Positions 11,996-25,574 of a DNA stretch of 64,000 nt are shown piece by piece (the stretch's first letter is position 1; each line of letters opens with the position of its first letter). Position numbers and translations under genes: made by a program. The stretch comes from Octopus sinensis (taxonomy: Eukaryota), in assembly GCF_006345805.1 (NCBI RefSeq), contig NC_043026.1, positions 3,286,001-3,350,000 on the forward strand. The letters are read 5' to 3'. The notes under the pieces were generated by a model. It worked only from the letters and a program-made list of their open reading frames with translations, made no database searches and was not told where the DNA came from.

Positions 11996-13289
11996 GTATA
12001 CATATATACATTTATTTTATTTTAATTTTTTTTCACCTTCCTTCCTTTTGTGTGTTGTCGTCGTAATTGTCGTCGTCATCGTCATCCTCCTTCGTCGTCT
12101 GCACAACACATCTCTAGCTGTCCACAGAATCGGTCAGCTGCTCCAAGACCCACGTCAATTCCAGCAGCAGCAGCAACAGTGGTAGTGGCAGCAGCAGCAG
12201 CAGTGTGGGGCTGTGTTTTCTGGCGAAGTCCACTAGCGGGTGTATCAATGAGGGCGAGGTAACGTCTATATATAACCAAAAACAAAAAAAAAATTCAACT
12301 CTTCCTCTTAACTGAGCCCTGTAACTCCTCTTTCCCCTGCCCCTTCAAACTCCTTAACACACGGAGCCCTCCTCTCTTTACCCTACCCACTCTATCCCAC
12401 CTTTCTACCCAACCTCTTCCCGTTTCTCTCTCTCTCTCTCTCTCTCTCTTCCTACCCTAATCCCGCATACATCCCACTTTTCCCTCTCCATTTAAACACA
12501 CAGCAGGCCTTATACTCTCCACTCCAGCCTCATCTACAGCAACATATATTATCCATCTTTCCTTGGCCATTTAAACACACCAACACACAGCCCTCTCTTC
12601 TCTACCCAGTCTCAAATCCATCCAGGTACGTAATCCAGATCTCACTGGGACAGAATTCATCTTGTCACCAAAATATGCCATGCATAACCTCACATATCCC
12701 CCCCCTCCGCTCAGAACTGGTGAATTGGCAGAGTTGTCTCAGTGCAGGACAAACCCTCTCACAGTTTCTAATTCAGCTCTCTGCACTGAGTTCAAATCCT
12801 ACCAAGGCCAGCTTTGCTTTCTTCTGGAATTAAGGAAAAAAGTGCCGATCCGGGGTAATGGATTAGTAGAATTGTTAGAGCATTAGAGGAAGTACCTTGT
12901 GGTAGTTGTCCCAATCATTGGTAGACTCATGGTTGTCTTACTTAAGCCCTTTGCTTCCTATGGAGCAAAGGCCTTCCACATAGTCATGAATTATCTTGTA
13001 GCTGTGAGATTTTGATAATGATATTGTAGGGTTGGTGTGAGAAGCCAGATCTGGCTAGTTTGAACATGAGAGAGGCAGAATATTTTGGTTGGCTATGGCC
13101 AGTTTAAATGCTAAAGGGTTTCTTTCTGTTTCTTCTGCCAGGTCTTGTTGGTTTGGAATTGTCATTGATGTTTCTGTGATTTTACCTTATCTAAGTAGGG
13201 CTGTTGACCCTATGTAGATCTGTTTTTATTTTTGAGAAGAGAAGGTCCCTATTAATCTGGTCTCTACCCTTTGACCTTTCCAGCATGGG

Positions 13290-13870
13290 AGGATCTAAGG
13301 ACAAGATCTCCATTCAGATCAATCGCATGCAGTTGGCCTTCTGCTGCCTCCATAAGTGCTTGGGGTTGCGCCAGGAAACCCGCCTCGTGACAAAATGCCA
13401 TATTTACCTGACACTCGTCCAAATGGTTCTCCTCTACGGTTGTCGGACCTGGACAATGCGTTGTTGCTGATCTCCAGAAGCTGGAGGTCTTCAATCATTC
13501 TGTATTTGTTGTCTTCTCCGACTGAATATATCTGACTGCTTTTGAACCAACAACTTCATCCTCGCTGCAATCTCTCGCCTCTTGAGGGGACTCTTCTGAT
13601 GAGGAGGCTATGGTGATTCAGTCACACATTGTGGTGCCCCCATGACAAACTTGTCCAGAAGGTGATAGCACCAGATCCTCCTCTGGATTGGCATAAGCAG
13701 AGAGGTGGTCAGCTGAAGACATGGCTCACAACAGTCAAAGCAGATATAGGGCTCAATTCCAGCCCTCAAGTTTTTGGCATTCTTTGTTGGAACCAGGAAT
13801 GGCTTCAACACAGCTGCCGAAAGACGTGTGAACCAGCTGGACCTGTGACGCATTGAACACAATAGCAGCC
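13290..13870 (+). mobile_element. Degenerate RTE-clade LINE, RT C-terminal region
   Basis: TKCHIYLTLVQMVLLYGCRTWT and WHKQRGGQLKTWLTTVKADI motifs with stops/frameshifts. Confidence 0.75.
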
Positions 13871-14149
13871 AGCTTAACCCTTCCTGAGTAAGTGCTGTTA
13901 CAAGACAAGGAGGACCTACCAAGCGCCTGTGCTTCAATCATAGCTCTCAGGATGATTTAGGCAATCAAGGCTAAAGCATCAACAAGGGCTGGGCCTTGGG
14001 GTTGTATGTCTTGTCTGCTTTATCAGAATCACCTGGTCCTCAGGTGCTTTTTGTGGAGTTTACTATATTGCAAGCATTCAGGCTGGGATACTGGTATAAG
14101 GGGTCCAGAGTATATAAAAGGATAGGTTCACCTGTCTCTTAAGAATATG

Positions 14150-15025
14150 GTCAGGCCTGCTTGCTTCCCAACCACATGGTTCCGGGTTCAGTCCCACTGC
14201 GTGGCACCTTGGGCAAGTGTCTTCTGACATAGCTCCGGGCTAACCAAAGCCTTGTGAGTGGATTTGGTAGACGGAAACTGAAAGAAGCCTCTCATATATA
14301 TGTGAGTATTTGTGTTTTTCCTCCACAATCACAGCTTGACAACTGGTGTTAGTCTGTTTACATCCCCATAACATAGCGGTGTTTGGCAAAAGAGACCAAT
14401 AGGATAAGTACTAGGCTTGAAAAAGAAGTCTTGGGGGTCGATTTGTTCAGCTAAATCTCTTCACGGTGGTGCTCCAGCATGGCCACAGTCAAATGACTGA
14501 AACAAGTAAAAGAATAAAAGAATATAGAACCTATCCGGCACCCCCACCCCTTGCAAATTTACAATCTAATCAACCCAGCTCAAAACAGAAAGCTGTTGGA
14601 TGTCTAATTGACCCGCAGGGCATAGTTTCTCTTAAATCATGTGCCATTATAGGCACAGGCATGGCTGTGTGGTGGTAAGAAGATTGCTTGCCAACCACAT
14701 GGTTCCGGGTTCAGTTCCTCTGCTTGGACAAGTGTCTTCTACTATAACCTTTGGCTGACCAAAGCCATGTGAGCAGATTTGGTAGACGGAAACTGAAAGA
14801 AGCCCATTGTGTATGTACATAGGAGTGTGTGTGTATGTTTGTCCCCTCACCGCTGCTTGATAAAACGGTGTTGGTGTGTTTACATCCCCATAACAGCAGA
14901 GTTTGGCAAAAGAGACTGATAGAATAAGGCTTAAATAAACAAATCTTGAGGTTGATTTGTTTGACTAAAACCCTTCAAGGCAGTGCCCCAGCATGGCCAC
15001 ACTCAAACGATTGAAGTAAATAAAA
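14150..15025 (+). mobile_element. Two consecutive family A SINEs (about 14150-14525 and 14654-15025)
   Basis: Both show ccacatggttccgggttcagt heads and cagcatggccaca tails. Confidence 0.85.
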
Positions 15026-15246
15026 AAAAATATATAAAACAAGGAGTTTGTATCGAAGAATCTGGTGTGGTCTTTGTTGGATTGGCATCAAAAAAGTTAA
15101 CAAGGAAAAGTACGTTCAATATAAGATGCATTATATCTGAATGACAGATGAGATGGTCATAGCTGGACTGTCTTTGATCTGAGTTTTTGATTTGGGGCTA
15201 AAAGCAGCAACACCCTGACACAAAACCCACAAAGAAGCCTCTAAGT

Positions 15247-15652
15247 TAGTGGTTCTCAACTGGAGTCCATTTGACCCCTTAGGGTCCTTATAAGATTTTG
15301 GGGGATCCACGCAGGCAAAATAGTAAACTGGGGGTGCACAGTAGTATTTTAAGGGTCCATGAACAAATTTTGCTTTAGATGTATTTATTGCAAGAAAGAA
15401 GGAACAGCAAGGTTCTTTTCTCTAATGCTTTACATAATTCAACATATGCGGTGCCCCAGCATGGTCACAGCTCGTCAGTTGAAACTAGATGAAATGACAA
15501 AAAATGCAAGTGGATGTATGAGAAACAAAATAAGGATTTTGAAAGAAGCGTCTATAAAACTAGGTTTTAAACATCCAGCGGCTATGAGGGTCCACCAAAG
15601 TAAAACTAGTAATCAAAGGGGTCCATAGGTGAAAAATGGTTGAGAATCACTG
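15247..15652. mobile_element. hAT-type MITE, same family as 11248, with an internal SINE-tail insertion
   Basis: TIRs tagtggttctcaac / gttgagaatcactg; interior homologous to 11248-11549; extra cggtgccccagcatggtcacag block at about 15449-15515. Confidence 0.75.
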
Positions 15653-15980
15653 CCGCAAGTGAATGCTTGACATGGTGGAAATAGCAAGCAAATCTCCCTT
15701 GAATTATCCCCAGTGTCTTAAAAAGGGTCACATCAAATAATGTTATTCTGGGTTCCTTGCATTTAGGAAAAGGTTGGGGTGGGCACTGCTGGAATGTCTT
15801 TGGTCATAGGTCTGCTTGATTAAACCTGACTTGGATGGAGCCCACGTCTTATCTATAATACAACTAGGTATATGGTATTCTTCCAAAAGTATTGTCCCCT
15901 AATTGGTATCTAACTCATCTCTTCTAAAATGAAACCCATCTCCATAAAATTAAAAGTCCAAAGTAAAAACACTTAACAGG

Positions 15981-16370
15981 GGTGGCTGTGTGGTAAGTAG
16001 CTTGCTTACCAACCACATGGTTCCGGGTTCAGTTCCACTGCGTGGCACCTTGGGCAAGTGTTTTCTGATATAGCCCCGGGTTGACCGATGCCTTGTGAGT
16101 GGATTTGGTAGACAGAAACTGAAAGAAGCCTGTCGTATATATGTATATATATGTATGCGTTTGTGTGTGTGTGTTTGTCCCCCTAGCATTGCTTGACAAC
16201 CGATGCTGGTGTGTTTACGTCCCCGTCACTTAGCGGTTCGGTAAAAGAGACCGATAGAATAAGTACTGGGCTTACAAAGAATAAGTCCCGGGGTCGATTT
16301 GCTCGACTAAAGGTGGTGCTCCAGCATGGCCACAGTCAAATGACTGAAACAAGTAAAAGAGTAAAGAGTT
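15981..16370 (+). mobile_element. tRNA-type SINE family A, full length
   Basis: Near-consensus copy. Confidence 0.9.
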
Positions 16371-16860
16371 AACAAACCCATTTCCATAACCATGACCCCT
16401 AATCCCACAATTGCCCCTGTATTCAGACATACCATAAACCTAATGCTGGTCCCTCTCACACCCAGAACCCAACCACTCTTAGAACCTCTAAAATGCATCT
16501 CTAGCAAAGTTTTTTTTTTTTTAAATCCCCAAAGAGACCCCTTATCCGGAAGTAGAGAATCTTAAAAAATTCCAACCCCAGCACATTGACCCAGCCCTAA
16601 TCTCCAACATACAAACATATTCTATCCAAACTTGGTCTTTTTTAGGCTTGAGTATGGTTCCTTCCTCCCTTCCAGCTTTGTCTCACTCCGTTTCTAGCCC
16701 CCACCCCCATCTCCCCCCTCACACACACACACCCACAGTTATCTTTTTTGAGGATTTGTATTTTTATCTTTTTTTTTATATATTTCTAATATATACTTTA
16801 ACCTTTTTCTGTAGCTCAGTAGATAGAGACTAACACATATTCTCTCACATGTACACACAT

Positions 16861-16894
<34 letters not shown>

Positions 16895-17166
16895 TCATAT
16901 GTATTTGCATATGTGTGTTACATACAATCTATATATTGCATGCACATGCACACCCATACATACACTCATCCCTCTATATATATATATATGTATATACCGG
17001 AGTAAACACACAAATGTGAAACAAGGTGGGGGAAAAAAGAGTACTCAAATACCAGAGGTAGAGTAATATGCTTTATTTAAAAGCAGCAGAAAATTCAACA
17101 TTTTCTGTTGCTTTAAATAAAGTATATATGTATATATTTATATATATACATATATACACACACACA

Positions 17167-17360
17167 CAGGGTTGGCCAAAAGTCACTGGATAGTAAATCA
17201 AAATTTCATAAATACTTAATATTCAACTTTTATTTATTCCTTCCAATTATGAATGTTTATTAATTGAATCCTGTGAGTTAAAACCACCGTTTTTTGGGGG
17301 TTTTTTTTCAACATTTGTCTCATAAAATAATATTTTGTTTTAATCTTTTGGCTAACCCTG
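17167..17360. mobile_element. Tc1/mariner-type MITE
   Basis: TIRs cagggttggccaaaag / cttttggctaaccctg, followed by TA. Confidence 0.6.
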
Positions 17361-17444
17361 TATATATAAATCATCTCTCCCATGCCAGCATGGACAACAG
17401 TTGTTAAATGATGATATATATAGATATATATATAGATAGATAGG

Positions 17445-17490
<46 letters not shown>

Positions 17491-17659
17491 TTGGCAGTAT
17501 GTTCTTATATGCATAAAAAACAATGAACACCAACTGAAGAATGCACTCAATACTTTGTCAGTGTCAATAAAATTCTAATGAATTCCTGCACACACATGAA
17601 CACATCAACATATATTACCATCCACATCATATATCTGTTTTCCATAGCAACATATGTAG

Positions 17660-18230
17660 GATGTGCTTTCAAGGTCCTACTAACATCTTATTTCTAGTTA
17701 CTGTTCTCCTAGATGTGTTGCAGGACCCTATCCCTTGCACTTGCTTCTCAGTTTCATTCTGTCGGTTGGATGTCCTTCATAACAGCAACCAGGCCACACT
17801 ATGGGGTGGACTGGCTTTCTATAATTCGGGGCAACAGCACTAGAAAATCTGGTGACACCTGGATTTGAAGGAGGGGTCTCAATACACAGTCAAGTACTCA
17901 ACCAATGGAGATATATATCCCTGTCTGCTTGCAAGATAAGTTTCCTTCTTTACTGCTCAGTTGGGTGACATCTGATTCAACATCAGAGAAGCTGACTTGT
18001 GGAATCGGTTCTGGCTCTCAGAGTTTTGCTTCAGATTCTGGACCCTCCTATCATTTGCCTATTTCTAGCAGGGAAAACAACTACTTTGGGAACCAGCCAA
18101 TGGTAGTAGACCTCCAGGATCAGATGAAGCAACTTCTGATGGCATCTGCACAAAAAAATATGGGGATACTTTGATGTGATGTAGGGGCCTTGGAATAAAT
18201 ACTCCACCTTGAGCCTGTATGACACACAAA
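17660..18230 (-). mobile_element. Probable Gypsy/Ty3 pol relic (RNase H end to integrase zinc-binding region)
   Basis: Frameshifted minus-strand pieces FCADAIRS (cf. ADALSR) and EGHPTDRMKLRS (cf. HEGHPGI.RMK.RA); heavily decayed. Confidence 0.45.
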
Positions 18231-19824
18231 CATCCTTCAGTCATGATTGCCCATGGGATTGAACCCAGGAAGTTCCTGTCCAATCACATAGCACAGCACT
18301 TTTGGCAAACGTTTTTAATTATAGCCAAAGCTTTGTGAATGGGTTTGATAGGAGCAAACTGAAAGAAGACTGTTCCGTGTGTTCATGTCTGTGTGTCCCC
18401 TTGTCTAGACACACACATACATGTGTGTACAGAGAAGACTATAGTGTTTGTATGTGTTGGTAAGGTGATGGCTTTGTGGAAAGTGGCCTTGGATTGATAT
18501 ACACCGTTGTCGTACCAGTTCACCCTGAAAGACAGGTAAACTGGAGCAGTCTAGACTATAATGGGCAACACAAGCACAAATAAAATGCCAGTGGTGGATT
18601 TGAACCAAGGACCTCACTCATAGTCATTTCGTGTATGTGTGAAGGTGCATGGTTCAGTGGTTAGAGGGTCGGACTCACAATCATGAGGTAGTGAGTTTGA
18701 TTCCTGGGCCAGGCTGTGTGTTGAGTTCTTGAGCAAGACACTTTATTTCATGTTGCTGCAGAAATGAGTTGCAACATCACTGGTGCCAAGCCCTATCGGC
18801 CCCTTTGCCTTTCCTTTGGAGAAGGGGGGCTGGTATGCATGGGTGGCTGCTGGTCTTCCACAAACAACCCGTGCCTCAGGGGGTAACTTTCTAGGTGCAA
18901 TCCTATGGTCATTCATGACCAGTGTGGGGTCTTTGCCCTTTTTTCAGATTTCATCTGCCAAATCCACTTGCCCAAGGTGCCATGTAATGGGACTGAACCC
19001 AGAACCATGTGGTTGGGAAGCAAACTTTTTACAACATGGCCACACCTGCACCTATGTGATTGTTTATTTTGAGAATGACATTGTAGGGTAAGTGTGAGGC
19101 GCCTGTACCTGGCTGGTCGAGTATTTGGGCTGGAAATGGCTGGTTTAAATGCAAAGGGGTTAGATTGTAACTAGAGATAGTCTATTGAATGGGCTTTCAC
19201 AAAGTTTAAATTCTCCCACGGGGCTGAGATATATCTGAAATGAGGGCAGAAGACACTTAACCTAAAATCCCAATTGGTAGAATTGAACCTGTCTCCTAAT
19301 ATTTATGAAGTGAAGCCCCTAATTTTCCAACCAGGCCATCTGCCCATTTATATCCTATTAATACATGCATGCTTGAGCTAAGAGAGCCTGGGTGTGGTTC
19401 CTTGACATGACACACACCTAAACCTCCCCTACCATCAGGTGACCTCACCACCACCACCACTGACCATTCTGCATCCTCCTACCACAACTGCACCTTCACT
19501 GCCACCTATACTCTTTCTACACCCCTTCATCACTCTCACCACAATCCACCCCTGCCTCTTCTGCACCCAAACTTGAATCCACCCGTGCCGTGTTCCACCT
19601 CAATCTACCAACGTCTCTTTCTGCTCCGATCTCTTATCTCCATATCTCTTAAAAAGGAAGCCACTGTGTGGTTGCTTGACCTGCTAGAAAGAGTAGCTAA
19701 GAGTCACTCAAACCATGACCTATTGTCTTAGTAAAACATGATATATTGGATTATGTAGTTATTGATAGACCAAGTCTGAAGGAAAGAGAAGACAAAATAT
19801 GATAGGGAGCTGTCTTGGGGCTTA

Positions 19825-19895
19825 TGTGCACACACACACACACACACAGCCACACACAGCCACACACACACACACACAGCCACACACACACACAG

Positions 19896-19929
<34 letters not shown>

Positions 19930-20385
19930 CCACACACAACACACACACAGCCACACACACACACACACACACACACACAGCCACACACACACACAGCCAC
20001 ACACACACACACACACAGCCACACACACACACACAGGCACACACACGCGCAGCCACACACACACACACACCACACACACACACACACAGCCACACACACA
20101 CTCACAGCCACACACACACTCACAGCCACACACACACACAGCCACCACACACACACACACACACACACACCACACACACACAGCCACACACAGCCACACA
20201 CACACCCACAGCCACACACACACAGCCACACACACACTCACAGCCACACACACAGAGCCACACACACACGCACAGCCACACACACACACACACACACAGC
20301 CACACACACAGAGCCACACACACAGCCACACACACGCAGCCACACACACACACACAGCCACACCACACACACACACAGCCACACA
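19825..20385. repeat. Compound (CA)n microsatellite punctuated by CAGC
   Basis: cacacacacagc units repeated about 560 bp. Confidence 0.95.
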
Positions 20386-20613
20386 CATAACCAGGCATTA
20401 AGAGACCACCTTCACATAATGACAGAGCTACAAATTTATATGCCCCCACCCCCTCCACAGAAGCAGACGCTCACACATAAAATGAGCCAAAGATAGTATC
20501 TCAGAATGTTTGCTCAACTTAGAAAGGAAAACTGTAACAAAAGAGCCAAATATATTGGATAATGTTGCCAATACACAGCAGAAGAAAAGCTGAATCATGG
20601 CTCTTTCTCTCAC

Positions 20614-20650
<37 letters not shown>

Positions 20651-22039
20651 TATATATATTATATATATATATATGTATATATTATATTATATTAAATTAG
20701 AGATAAAACCACTATTAGGCAAATCAAACAGTGAAAATCATTAGCCAATACATAGAAAAAAAATTAATTAAAAAATATAAAATATAAAATTCCAAATTAA
20801 AATATTTAAATTAAAGTTAAAATTTAAAAAATTATTTGAATAATTTAAACTTATAAATATTAAATATATATATACATTTATTATTATTATTTTATTTTAT
20901 TTTTTTTTTTTTGTAAATTATATAACTATCAAAAGGTATTAAAAGTTTTATACAAGATAAATAGTAAAAACACTACGATCGTTTCATGCCCGTAACCAAT
21001 TCGAATAAGGATAATTTAAATTCAATTAATAATTCGAATTATATAGATATATACACACACACACACCACACACATATTGTTATATTTCAAGATAGTCATT
21101 TGTTTTTCGTACCAAATAAATACATGCACAATATATTCATTCTTCACTTCAGATATTTTTTTAAAATTCTTATTTTATGTCCATTGTCTGGAAACCTTTC
21201 CTCACACACCTGTGACCTCTTCAGTGACCCTCCATCCCATGTGTCTCCTCCTGTTCTGTTAAGTCCAATTCTGTATGATGTGTGTCCTTACCTGTGCATG
21301 TGTTTTGTATACAAATGCATGCACAGGTAAGGGTACACATAAAAAGACAGAATGGACTAAGCAGAACAGGAGGAGATACATGGGATGGAGAGTCACTGAA
21401 GAGGCCACAGGTGTGTGACAAAAGTGAAGAATAAATGCTTTGTACCTGTGTTTATTTGGCAAGAAGGTAAAAAAATGGTCATCCTGGAATATAACAATAC
21501 CTGTTACAACACACGGTTTCACATCAGGAATCCTGCAAAATAAATACATAAACGTATGTGTATATACACACACATACATACATGGCTGTAATGCCTATCA
21601 TCCTAGGACAGCTCAATCAAGACCATGCATATATTTGCACACAAACACACACACACGTATGTATACAGAAACGAGTAAAAGAACAAACGTGTTTTAAGGA
21701 ATGTTGTTGTGTAAAGCTGGAGCAATTTGAGAAGCTACGAAAAGAAAAGGAAAACAAAACAAAGTGGCAGTTTTACCTTGCATCTTTATATTTCGGGGCT
21801 GTAACTCTCTTCAGGACAGCTGAGCGACAACCTTTTCATCCCTCACCTTTCCAAATGTCCTGAAGAAGGGGTTATAAGCCCAAAATGTAGAAAATGCAAA
21901 GTAAAACTGCAAATTTATTATTATTTTTTTTCCCTTTCTTTTAATATTTTACTTTGTACCTTCTCACGTTGTTCCTTCTTTGCACAAAAAATCTTTAAAG
22001 CAACACCAAATTATGCTTTATCAAAACTACTCCATTATG

Positions 22040-22109
22040 GCCAGATGACCGAAGAGATGGTGTTGTGGATTTCCACCTCAGCATCCGAAACTCAGAGTTT
22101 TATCTTGGC
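22040..22109 (+). ncRNA. Hammerhead-like motif with variant core
   Basis: Stem I gccagatga/ttatct(t)ggc; core CCGAAGA 22049-22055; stem II gatg/catc with inner gtgg-attt-ccac hairpin; GAA ACTC-A-GAGT T. Confidence 0.5.
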
Positions 22110-22138
22110 TATTGAATAATTGTCACATATTATTTTAC

Positions 22139-22170
<32 letters not shown>

Positions 22171-22180
22171 ATATATATAA

Positions 22181-22399
22181 CAGTGGTTTTCAACCAGGGT
22201 TCTGCGGAACCTTAGAGTTCCGCCAGTACAGTCCAGGGGTTCCGCAAGATGTTACAAAACTGCTAAAATCGGCAGTAATTTTTAATTCTCCTGTGCAGAT
22301 ATGTGTGCATAAGACAATTAAATGATTGCACAGGGGTTCCTCGAGCCAGTGGAATGTTTCCTTGGGGTTCGGCTCCAGCAAAAAGTTTGGAAAGCACTG
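22181..22399. mobile_element. hAT-type MITE (second family)
   Basis: TIRs cagtggttttcaa / tggaaagcactg; perfect 8-bp TSD atatataa on both sides. Confidence 0.85.
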
Positions 22400-23839
22400 A
22401 TATATAAACATACACAAACATTGTAAGTTCCCACCTCGACTTTCCTCCTCCTCCCCTCTCACCCTTCTCTTTCCCTCTCTCTCTCTCTCTCCCTCCCTCC
22501 CTCCTTGTGTGTGTCTACCTTTGTTTTGCATTACAGCATGCTTAACCAACCACACACACACACAAGCATGAAGTGTGTGTGTTATTCCATTACACTGATA
22601 GGTTTAATTCATTCTAAACATTGTAAGGTCTAAGAATTCAGACATATATAAAAAAGAAATATATATATATATATAAAGCATGTTTAGTTTGTGCGTGTGT
22701 GTGTGTGTGTATATATATATTTACATTATATATATATTTATATATATATTCATATATTGACTTGCTTTTTACTAACCATTTCTAAAACAAAACTTCTAAA
22801 ACGTTTGTGTTTTCTTTTCTCAAATTGTTATCTGCTGCCAGATATTTGCTGCGAGACTGTGTGGTGTGATGTAAAGAGTTGAGGCTATTCTCTCGTTAGT
22901 GACATGTATAAGATCAGAGGGAGGATATAACGTAATTCAACAGCCACCCAAAGACCATATTTTTATCCAAATTTCTTGCTAACCCAACGTAGTGTTGCCT
23001 CACCATTTCGCATCACATCACATCCCCTGCCAGTCGCTGCTTAAATTAGATTATTTATACCTTGTCTAGCATTAACAGTAATTACTTTTTAGCAATCTGA
23101 CCTTTCTGGATTTTTTTTCTCTCTTTGCTTGCTTCCATTTATGCTTTCCTCAATGACTCGATGACCTCTTTTAAGCTGCTGTTGTGTCTTGCAAACTGCC
23201 ATTCTGCCACAACTTTGCGAATTTAATCCTTCTATGCATGAGTCAGGAATCAATAACAACAACAAAAAAAAATAAAAAGAAATCAAATCAAATACGAAAC
23301 TCAAGAGAAGTTCAAGGGTCAGTCACAGTTATTTATTATTAGGTTGATGCTCAAGGGAAGAAAATGAGTTTATAAAGTGAAAGTGACTGTGTAGAAGTAC
23401 AATGTTTCACACCCAGTCCTTTGTCAGAAACACAAAGAAAACTTGTGGGAAGAGGAGAAGGACGGGTGGAAAAGAAGTAAGAAAAAAATGCCTGTGGATA
23501 ATTGAGTTGTTTTGACTGGTCTTTCTAGCAGTGGTGGTACCACTCTTTACTCTCGTCACATTAGTGACATTGATAAATTTGCCTTCAGATTTTCATTGCC
23601 AACAAGCCACCGACATTATTTATATATATTGAAAATTATAAATCACAATGTATGGATTCATGTAATCCAGTAGTACTCGTTAAAAAAGCTCATTAGTGTA
23701 TTATTCTGCAAAACACAGAGAGTATATAATAATATACAAGAAAAAATGAAAAAGAGTGTATAAAGTTTGATGACTTTTCAATTAACAATAAGAAAATTCA
23801 AATGTCACAAGTTTGTTTTGCCACTCAAAAACATGTAAA

Positions 23840-24231
23840 TCTTTATATATAAAAGTGAGGTTGTCTGTCTGTCTGTCTCCTACGATTTAGATTCCTAACT
23901 ACTCTCACATTTTGCGGTGCAGTTTAACCAAAACCGGGTATCTTATAGTCGTGATTCATATCGAGCCCTTCTGGGTATTAGCATGAGTCTACAATTTAAA
24001 AAATAATTTACCATCAATTTTTCCCATTTTTAATGCATTTTTGGCATATATAAGGGAAGTAACTCTAAAAATTTATTATTAAATCTCAGAATGTAAAAAG
24101 CTACAGTAACCCCCCACCCCCCACCCTTTGTGGTTAGCCATATTGAGATGGCTATTATACTTTACAGCTCTAAAAATGCTTATATAGTTATTTCCCTTAC
24201 AAACCCGAGCAACGCCGGGCGATACTGCTAG
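23840..24231 (+). mobile_element. Non-autonomous Helitron
   Basis: A|TC start, subterminal hairpin cccgagcaacgccggg, CTAG|T end. Confidence 0.8.
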
Positions 24232-24344
24232 TAACTTATATTATCATAATTAATGATAAATAAAATACATGTTTGCATTATTTTGAATGAATTTTTTGCA
24301 TTTTATGTTAATGCAGACATGTAAATAATTTATTTATTATCAAA

Positions 24345-24640
24345 CTGGCAGCATCGCTCGGGTTTGTAAGGGAAATAACTATATAAGCATCTTTAGAGAG
24401 TTACTTCCCTTATATAACCCGAGCAAAAATCATTAAAAATGCGGGAAAATGATGGTAAATTTTTGTTAAATCGTTGACTCATCGTAGACGCGTGCTAATA
24501 CCCAGAAGGGCTCGATATGGATGACGACTATAAGATACCCGCTTTTGGTTAAACTGCACCGCAAAATGTGGGAATAGTTAGGAATCTAAATCGGAGGAGA
24601 CAGAGTCTCACACACACAACTTCAATTTTATATATAAAGA
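24345..24640 (-). mobile_element. Non-autonomous Helitron, same family, opposite orientation
   Basis: Reverse complement starts a|tctttatatataaaa, shares the body of 23840-24231; 3' hairpin partly deleted, ends ccag|t. Confidence 0.75.
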
Positions 24641-25574
24641 TATGGTAATATAATTTATTTATATGTTCTTGAGTTACGAAATAAGTTTGTCATGATATTT
24701 GGATTTTTCGTATTGTTAAATCAAAGTTCATCAAAATATTTATCTGCTATTTATAGCTATATATGTGTATATATATATATATGCAATGAATATATAAGGA
24801 TAAATTATTGAGGCAGGTAAGAGTGCTCAGGTATAGTCCTGGATCCAGGTAACAGCATCAAGTAGTAAGAAGAACCAAGGATTGCTTAGGGTGCGCAGTG
24901 CCACCATAATTCTTCTGATGGGTAGATCCAGGTTTGCTTTGCTGGATTATGATTATTTTCAGGAATGTAAATCCAAAAGAATTACAAAGAGTTTGGAAAC
25001 TGGTACATCTTCAAATTTTTCTTTTAATTAAACAGTTAATTATACAGCATAATTAGTTAGTTAAAAGGATCGACATTTGATTCTGCTGCACAGGGTAAGT
25101 GCAGCTGCATATGCAACCCACCATATTCTGAATTAGTCAATGGTCTGAGAGAGTGGAAAGGTGTCCTACTTTACTGCTTTCATAGCCTGAATTGCCCTTT
25201 CTACTCTGTAGCCACCAACTTCAGTCATTTCCTTCCCTGCATTGGGCAAGTCTTCACTTTTCGCCTTATCCAGTAACATCTTGTAACATTTCCACTCCTC
25301 TTTCTTTTCTTGGCACCTCACTGCTATAACGCTCTACATTTGGTAATCACTCATACTTACTTTGATCATGTATTCATCTACCTGTGTGTGTGTGTGTGTT
25401 TCTCTTTTGAGTTTTATTTAAGTCCTTTTTGAGAGAGTTCAGGCCAGTCGCTAACAAAGCGACAAAACGTTTTGATTGAAGAGAGTTCCCAATGTTTGTA
25501 AGTAGTTGAGTTGGTGTGTTGCTTGACCTCTCAATGTACACAATCAAATGTATGTATCTATTCAAATAAGAATC

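Noticed and set aside
17905-18174. Plus-strand 89-aa ORF with a plausible acceptor, phase-compatible with the 12258 donor
   Set aside because: Better explained as the antisense of a decayed Gypsy pol relic; no good donor or homology
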